This document shows positions 57,948-64,000 of a DNA stretch of 64,000 nucleotides, piece by piece; the stretch's first letter is position 1; each line of letters opens with the position of its first letter. The DNA comes from Nitrosopumilus sp. GTDB taxonomy: Archaea; Thermoproteota; Nitrososphaeria; Nitrososphaerales; Nitrosopumilaceae. The stretch lies in assembly GCA_965207075.1 (NCBI GenBank), contig CBDBLO010000002.1, positions 1,696,001 through 1,760,000 of the forward strand, in the 5' to 3' direction. The notes under the pieces are model-generated. The model did not search any database. It saw only the letters and a list, made by a program, of their open reading frames with translations, and was not told the DNA's origin. Made by a program: the position numbers and the translations under genes.

Positions 57948-59698
57948 ATTTTGTTTCGTAATAAATCACAAATTTTATCGATTCGTTCATCACCAATAGG
58001 TGGATCTGAGTTAACAACTAAAAGTTTTGCTAGATTTAGTGGGTGTTTGTCATCTATTTTGGTAGCATCACTGTATTTGGCATAGTGATTATTGACCAGC
58101 CATTTTAGGTATGGATGTCTATCTGTAACCGTCGAATAAATTTCTTGTGGTTTAAGTTTTCTTTCGCAGGGATAATTTTTTGCTTGCATGTTTAGATTAG
58201 AAGGCAATGGAGCCAAATTCGTGATTTGATCCATCTCTTCATCTTCGATCGTTGATGAGGCACGATTTGCTTTGGGTATTAGATGATCTAAATTCCAGTG
58301 ATGTTGCCTTGTTCCATATTCTACAGGATCAAATTTTCCACCCGCGTTGGTTCTGTCTGGAAGCAAACATGCATTGAAAATTCTTCTAATTGCATTTCTA
58401 CCAACCCGTCTGAGTGATAACTTTAACCAATCTTCTGCAGGAGGCGAATCAAGATCACTTGCTCCTGTGTCCTTGCTTATTTGGTCTGCCAAATATCTCA
58501 TAGTTACAGAATCTCTTTGGATGCAGTCTGCAACTATAGGTCCAATTCTTCCAATTGTACCATCAATCATTCTGCGATACAAAGCTCGTAACAATACGTG
58601 TTGTTCAGGTTCCGTGTCAAAGCTACCATCAAGAAAATCCGGTTGTTTTCCTTTTAAGTATGTGTGCTTGTAAAAATACCATAGCGCTAACGAAAAAGGT
58701 AAATCACCACATTGTGTTATTTCATATAAAAATGGATATTTTTTATGACCGACATTGTTCTCGTTTTCCATTTCAGATCGATTATGAAAATCTTCTATAA
58801 AGTCAAGAAGGTCGTATACATCTAATTGTTTTAGAGCGTGCCAGTTTTGGAAAACCTTGCTCTGATTGTCTTCTGATTCGTTATTGCTTAATACATCGTA
58901 CAAATTTTTTCCTAACACTTTGGTGCCCTTTATTCGTTTAGATTGAAAAATATCCGTAAAGCGATTTTCCATTTCATCAATGTCTTCTCCGGTCCATTGC
59001 ATGGCATCTGCTTGTTGAACTATTTCAGACCTTAAAAGATCAACTTCTGATAATATTATTCCTGTAGAATTTATGTTGATAAATGTATTTGTAAGCTCTC
59101 TTCTATTTTTAAATCCAAAATATCTGTCTATAGCAATTTGTTTTGTTACAAACGTCTTGGTCACTCTACTGGCAAATTCCTTTGGGGTGCTTTGTAATTC
59201 AGATTCTACAAAATTGACGACTTCGGAGTACAGTTCGTTATAACTAGTACTAATGCCATACCTCGTGTGTTCGCGCAACATTTTATCATTGTGCTCAAAA
59301 ATGGGTTGTTTGCTTGAAACTTCTGCTTTCAATAGCTTAAATTCATTGCAGATGTCTTGCAGTTTTGGCTCTGGTGAAAGAACTAATGGATATAAACACT
59401 TTAGCAGTGCAGTGGCAATGGCAAATCTCTGTAAGCCATCTAGAAGAATTATGCCTGTATTATCACTTCCAGAAGCTAAAATTACAGTACCGAGCAAGAC
59501 TGATTTTGACTTCAGAAATTCCTCGACTTCTTTTTTCTTCCAAACTATTTTTCTTTGATATGCTGGGATTTGAATTGAGTTCGGATCAAAATCTTTGACC
59601 GAATCCGGCCAGTCATCCGCAGAAATTTTGGAGCTAGTTAACGCATAATGAACTGCATAGCTAAAGAATTGTGGTGTGTCTCCAGGCCTAGATATCAC
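57944..59698 (-). CDS. DUF262 plus C-terminal HNH (DUF1524-like) protein, GmrSD/SspE-like
   Basis: IPAYQR.IVW, LLDGLQR, FININSTG..LS..DL; C-terminal LDHLIP...NLAPL...N. Confidence 0.85.
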   Translation of the reverse strand: MISRPGDTPQFFSYAVHYALTSSKISADDWPDSVKDFDPNSIQIPAYQRKIVWKKKEVEEFLKSKSVLLGTVILASGSDNTGIILLDGLQRFAIATALLKCLYPLVLSPEPKLQDICNEFKLLKAEVSSKQPIFEHNDKMLREHTRYGISTSYNELYSEVVNFVESELQSTPKEFASRVTKTFVTKQIAIDRYFGFKNRRELTNTFININSTGIILSEVDLLRSEIVQQADAMQWTGEDIDEMENRFTDIFQSKRIKGTKVLGKNLYDVLSNNESEDNQSKVFQNWHALKQLDVYDLLDFIEDFHNRSEMENENNVGHKKYPFLYEITQCGDLPFSLALWYFYKHTYLKGKQPDFLDGSFDTEPEQHVLLRALYRRMIDGTIGRIGPIVADCIQRDSVTMRYLADQISKDTGASDLDSPPAEDWLKLSLRRVGRNAIRRIFNACLLPDRTNAGGKFDPVEYGTRQHHWNLDHLIPKANRASSTIEDEEMDQITNLAPLPSNLNMQAKNYPCERKLKPQEIYSTVTDRHPYLKWLVNNHYAKYSDATKIDDKHPLNLAKLLVVNSDPPIGDERIDKICDLLRNKI

Positions 59699-60085
59699 AC
59701 ATCCGTTTCTTTGAAGGTCTTAAAAAGCATTGCCGTGTCGTAATAACCGTTCAATCTAACTCAAAATCTGGGCACAAATTTCACCATCTGTGCTGATGCA
59801 ACATGCAGGTTAAACAGGTCTATCGTCCAAGAATTGTAGTGCCCGTACATACACTCAAGTACTGTGCAATCGTGGCGTTCATGAACGGATTGTGTTCTTT
59901 TCACGCACTCGTACTGTGCCGACATGATGCCAAGATTGTGTCTAAACTTTTTTACATTCAGTGCTCTGCAGCAAGCTGCATGTCTATGTTCCCGCGTCCT
60001 GAATCGCAATTGTACATGCGCTATGTACCATTCTGCACCCTGGCTCTTAGTCTAATGATAATTCCCAGCACTACCACGGAAAACA

Positions 60086-60169
60086 CTTCCAGAACTTTAT
60101 AACATGCTTCCAAAACCTTATAACATGCTTCCAAAACCTTATAACATGCTTCCAAAACCTTATAACATG
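60086..60169 (+). repeat. 4 x 21-bp tandem repeat CTTCCAAAACCTTATAACATG over the dndB promoter and start
   Basis: Three perfect units and one with 2 mismatches; each contains TTATAA and an in-frame ATG. Confidence 0.95.
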
Positions 60170-61249
60170 AGCAATTTGTCATATGCTAATGACGCCGAGG
60201 GTGCCATGGCGTTTTACGCAACAAGAGGCATGCAGGCAAAAAGGGAATTCTACGTTGCCATGTGCGATTTTGCCACGGTTGTAAAGCACTTTGCATTTGA
60301 CATGTCCTCTGGGATACCGCCTGAGATGAGAGCTCAGCGCAAGATACGTGAATCTCGGATATCAAAAATAGCATCATACATACTAGAAAACCCTGATAAC
60401 TATGTGTTTTCGGCAGTCACTGTATCAGTAGATAAACCCATGAAGTTTGAGCCCATTCCAAAAGATAGCTACGAGAGCAAAGTAGGCAAAATAACGATAC
60501 CATCGAACGCCACCATACTGGTAAACGATGGCCAGCATAGATGCTCAGCAATAAGGGCCGCATACGAGAAGAACAAGGACGTAGGCATAGAAAGAATACC
60601 TGTCGTGATATTCGAAGACCGAGGATTGCAGCACAGTCAACAAATGTTTGCAGATTTGAATCAGAACGCAGTAAAACCCACAAAGTCACTCGCCTTGTTG
60701 TACGACCACCGAGACACATTTGCTAGATTCATAGTGACGTTGGCTAACGACATTGACATATTTGCCGGACGAACAGAGATGGAAAAAACCAACATATCAA
60801 ACCGTTCACACACGGTGTTTACACTCAACGGCATCGGCGAGGCCACACGCCGTCTCTTGGACATAAAGGTGAATACAAAATCGATCTCAGCAGAAAAGCA
60901 AAAGCTGGCCGCAGAATACTGGACCCTCGTATCCAGAAACATTCCACAATGGAACCTACTAATGGACAAAAAAATTACGCCGATTGATATGAGAAAACAG
61001 TATGTACACGCCCACACAAACATACTACACGCCCTAGGCATGGTCGGTCATGTACTAACACGGCGTAAGAACTGGAAGCAAAAGATAAGGGGACTGCAGG
61101 ACATCGACTGGTCCCGTAACAGCCCCATCTGGCAGGACAAGGTCGTAATGGACGGCAAGATGCTAAAGAACCGACTGGGCATCAAGCGCGCTGCAAACGA
61201 GATTCTGTTTAGGTTGGGTGTACCGGACAGAGTGGATGGTGGCATGTAA
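60167..61249 (+). CDS. dndB: DNA sulfur modification protein DndB
   Basis: GMQAKREFY, RAQR, YVFSA, NDGQHR, QQMFADLN and LYDHRD motifs. Start could be any of four ATGs from 60104. Confidence 0.93.
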   Translation: MSNLSYANDAEGAMAFYATRGMQAKREFYVAMCDFATVVKHFAFDMSSGIPPEMRAQRKIRESRISKIASYILENPDNYVFSAVTVSVDKPMKFEPIPKDSYESKVGKITIPSNATILVNDGQHRCSAIRAAYEKNKDVGIERIPVVIFEDRGLQHSQQMFADLNQNAVKPTKSLALLYDHRDTFARFIVTLANDIDIFAGRTEMEKTNISNRSHTVFTLNGIGEATRRLLDIKVNTKSISAEKQKLAAEYWTLVSRNIPQWNLLMDKKITPIDMRKQYVHAHTNILHALGMVGHVLTRRKNWKQKIRGLQDIDWSRNSPIWQDKVVMDGKMLKNRLGIKRAANEILFRLGVPDRVDGGM

Positions 61250-62772
61250 TGACAAAATCAGTCTTTTCAAAACGAACTCTCAAGGACGTACACGATGAGA
61301 TCCGTTCCGTATACTTGGGTGATAACCGCCCTTGGATACTAGGGTTCAGCGGGGGCAAGGACTCTACCTGTATGGTGCAGCTGATATGGGGCGCGTTGAC
61401 CGAGCTGCCGCCTGCCAAGCTCGCAAAGCGTATCTACATCATATCATCAGACACACTGGTGGAGTCACCCAAGATAGTAGAGCAGATTACTACCACGCTT
61501 GACATGATGGAAAAGGCGTCAAAAAAGACACACCTTCCAATATCGACCAATCTGGTCAGGCCCGTCATAGAGGACACGTTCTGGGTGTGCCTGCTTGGCA
61601 AGGGGTTTCCGGCCCCAAGCAACCTGTTTCGATGGTGCACGGAGCGCCTAAAGATACGAAACGCCGACAGGTTCATTCAGGAAAAGGTGTCCGAATACGG
61701 CGAGGCGGTAGTAGTCCTCGGAACCAGAAAGGACGAGAGCGGCTCGAGACAGCAGCTGATGAACCTGTACGAGATAGAAGGCAGCCTCTTGTCGCGTCAC
61801 TCCAAGTTTGCGCAGACGTACGTATACACGCCGCTCCGCGACTTTACCGCAAAAGACGTGTGGAATTATCTGCTACAAAAGGAGAACCCGTGGGGTGCAA
61901 ACAACCGCGACCTCTTGGCCGTGTACCAGAACGCAAACGCATCCGAGTGCCCCTTGGTGGTTGACTCCACCACGCCCTCCTGTGGCAACAGCAGGTTCGG
62001 ATGCTGGACGTGCACTGTGGTAGAGGATGACATCTCGCTCCGCAATACGATTGAGAGCGGCGAGGACTGGATGGAGCCACTGCTTGAGCTAAGGGACGAA
62101 CTAAAGGCGACTCAGGATCCCACAGTCAGGAAAAAGGTGAGGTCCCTCAAGCGGCGCACAGGGCAGATGAAGCTGATAGACGACTCGCGCAAAAAAGCCT
62201 TTGATGAGAAGATACAAGAGTCAAAGATGGAATTGAAAGTGGCTGGCAGTGACGGCAAGATCACGGATCCGTACGCAAAGCTGGTTCCCGGACCCTACAC
62301 GCTAGAGTTCTGCCAGGAGTTCTTGGAAAAGATACTGGTGGCTCAAAAAAAGGTTAGGCAGACCGGCCCCGACCCGCATATATGCCTCATACAGGACGAG
62401 GAGATACACGAGATCCAGCGTATATGGCGCATGGAGCGCGGCGACTGGAAGAACACAGCATATCAGATATACGAAAGGGTGCTGGACGAAAAACTGATCC
62501 CGCCCCAGGAGGATCTGGGCGGGTTCGGGGTGATAGAACAGGACCTGCTGGAGGAGATTTGCAACAAACGCGGCGTGCCTGCGCTGCTCGTATCAAAGCT
62601 GCTAAACACGGAGCACGAGTCGCAGGGAATGGCCCAGCATTCCAGGATATACCCCAAGATTACCAAGGTGCTCTCGGAGGAATGGCGAGACGATCTGGGC
62701 GCCATAGTCCACGAGCTGGAGCAGCAGAAAAGCGAGATGAAGAAGTTCACCGGGGGTGGCAACGGGGCGTGA
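61249..62772 (+). CDS. dndC: DNA phosphorothioation sulfurtransferase DndC
   Basis: PWILGFSGGKDST, DTLVESP, GKGFPAP...RWCTERLKI and ECP...SCGNSRFGCWTCT motifs. Confidence 0.95.
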   Translation: MTKSVFSKRTLKDVHDEIRSVYLGDNRPWILGFSGGKDSTCMVQLIWGALTELPPAKLAKRIYIISSDTLVESPKIVEQITTTLDMMEKASKKTHLPISTNLVRPVIEDTFWVCLLGKGFPAPSNLFRWCTERLKIRNADRFIQEKVSEYGEAVVVLGTRKDESGSRQQLMNLYEIEGSLLSRHSKFAQTYVYTPLRDFTAKDVWNYLLQKENPWGANNRDLLAVYQNANASECPLVVDSTTPSCGNSRFGCWTCTVVEDDISLRNTIESGEDWMEPLLELRDELKATQDPTVRKKVRSLKRRTGQMKLIDDSRKKAFDEKIQESKMELKVAGSDGKITDPYAKLVPGPYTLEFCQEFLEKILVAQKKVRQTGPDPHICLIQDEEIHEIQRIWRMERGDWKNTAYQIYERVLDEKLIPPQEDLGGFGVIEQDLLEEICNKRGVPALLVSKLLNTEHESQGMAQHSRIYPKITKVLSEEWRDDLGAIVHELEQQKSEMKKFTGGGNGA

Positions 62773-64000
62773 TAATCACAAAGATCGTACTGACAGACTA
62801 TGGGGTGTACGGCGGGAAAAACGTGTTTGATCTTGCACCTGCATCGGACAGGCCCATCATACTTGTCGGCGGCACCAACGGCGCGGGCAAGACCACGCTC
62901 TTTGAGGCCGTCCCGCTCTGCCTGTACGGGATATCGGCGGCCGACAGGCGCATCACAAGAAAGGCGTATGAGGCGTTTCTGGCAAAAAAGATCCACAGGT
63001 ACCAGAAGAGCTCCGTCACGGCCGACCGTGCCTCGGTGGCAGTCCAGTTCAAGTTCTACCACAACTCAAAAGAGATCGAATACAGGGTGGAACGCTCATG
63101 GCAGAAGTCGGCATACGGCCGCACGGAGGAGTGTCTGGACGTCAAAAAACGCACGGATTCGCACACCCGCTTTGAGCGCCTCGACACCATAGAGGCATCC
63201 CACTGGCAGTCGTTCGTGTCGGATTTGATCCCAAAGGGCATACTCAGACTGTTCTTCTTTGATGGCGAGAAAGTAGTGACGATGGCAAAAGAAGGGTCGG
63301 AGGACGCAGTCATACGAGACTCCTTCAAGTCGCTCCTAGGAATCGAGGTCGTGGAGCAGCTGCGTGCGGACCTGCAGGTGAACCTGACAAGAAACCTGAC
63401 GGGTGACGACAAGCGACTGCAAAAAGAGATCACAGAATGCGAGACGGAGCGTGACGGGACTGTCCGGACCGTGGAACGCCTACGCGAGCGGCTTGCGCAA
63501 AAACAGACCGAGATGGACGCGCTGTCAAACGAGATCGAGAGCGCCGAGTCGGACATATCAAAGATAGGCGGAACCTTCGCAAGCGGAAGGGACGACGCAA
63601 AGACGCGGCTCGGCGATGCAAGGTCAGGATATGAGGTTGCGCGCAGACGGATATCCGACATGTGTGCCGACGCGCTGCCGCTTGTACTGATACCTAGGCA
63701 GCTTGACGAACTGTTGAAGCATGTGGATTCGGACTCTTCAATATTTCGGGACAGGGCAGGCGCCAAGATGTTCGATGAAAAGATCAGGGCGATGTCGGGG
63801 ATGCTAAGGGACGCGTACAAAGACGCCGCACTGAACGCCAGCCAAAAACGCATCATAACATCCTCCATAACGAGGTTCACCAAAAAGGAGAAAATCCCGA
63901 TTACAGAAGGGACGTTGGTATTTGGGTTCTCCGAGTCCCAAGCCGCGTCCATCAAAGGTGTCGTCAGCAAGGCCAACAATACACTGCTTCCCGCGCTCAG
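62769..64000 (+). CDS. dndD: DNA sulfur modification ATPase DndD (partial, runs off window end)
   Basis: GTGA-coupled start MIITKIVLTDYGVYGG...PIILVGGTNGAGKTT; LFFFDGEK; coiled coil. Absent from the ORF track because there is no stop. Confidence 0.93.
   Translation, partial: MIITKIVLTDYGVYGGKNVFDLAPASDRPIILVGGTNGAGKTTLFEAVPLCLYGISAADRRITRKAYEAFLAKKIHRYQKSSVTADRASVAVQFKFYHNSKEIEYRVERSWQKSAYGRTEECLDVKKRTDSHTRFERLDTIEASHWQSFVSDLIPKGILRLFFFDGEKVVTMAKEGSEDAVIRDSFKSLLGIEVVEQLRADLQVNLTRNLTGDDKRLQKEITECETERDGTVRTVERLRERLAQKQTEMDALSNEIESAESDISKIGGTFASGRDDAKTRLGDARSGYEVARRRISDMCADALPLVLIPRQLDELLKHVDSDSSIFRDRAGAKMFDEKIRAMSGMLRDAYKDAALNASQKRIITSSITRFTKKEKIPITEGTLVFGFSESQAASIKGVVSKANNTLLPAL

Larger units (their letters stand above)
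21801..64000. mobile_element. tRNA-Leu-integrated conjugative-type element (ICE); right boundary beyond the window
   Basis: Integrase starts 50 nt after the tRNA 3' end and is followed by VirB4, VirB6, TadA, TadC, pilins, ParB-like, TFB-like and defence cargo. No core genes occur downstream. No second att copy was seen in the window. Confidence 0.85.

Noticed and set aside
59744-60080. TAACCGTTCA half-site and possible further IS66 remnant upstream of dndB
   Set aside because: Only a 10-bp match, no partner TIR or TSD, and protein similarity is too weak to support.
21826-64000. attR copy of the tRNA-Leu 3' end
   Set aside because: Not found by eye in the window; presumably lies beyond the right edge.

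Overview
High-GC archaeal DNA, most likely a Nitrosopumilaceae (Thaumarchaeota) genome, judged from its gene set and leaderless TATA-start spacing. Bases 1-21.8 kb are chromosomal core: lamin-tail surface protein (runs off the left edge), tRNA-Pro, map, DUF1512, tbp, GT2, tsr3, ABC substrate-binding protein, DUF2070, Sec61beta, a 2.1 kb ORF-poor gap, srp19, gar1, tfb, sufC, ssb and an intron-containing tRNA-Leu(CAA). From the tRNA-Leu 3' end to beyond the right edge lies an integrated element of more than 42 kb. It encodes a tyrosine integrase, VirB4-, VirB6- and PrgI/VirB3-like genes, a type IV pilus kit (TadA, TadC, prepilin peptidase, pilins), a divergent TFB, a ParB-like protein, an AbrB regulator and a 1,720-aa beta-propeller adhesin. 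No relaxase or VirD4 is visible. Non-coding features include a duplicated perfect 40-bp palindrome and a G12 tract that frameshifts the likely adhesin start. Cargo includes two paralogous toxin-antitoxin-like pairs, a repeat-flanked nuclease cassette and two MITEs. A low-GC defence island holds Mrr, a YwbE-Schlafen fusion, a DUF262/HNH (SspE/GmrSD-like) gene and dndBCD phosphorothioation genes, the last preceded by a 21-bp promoter/start-codon tandem repeat. All family assignments are by eye from motifs; no database searches were run.
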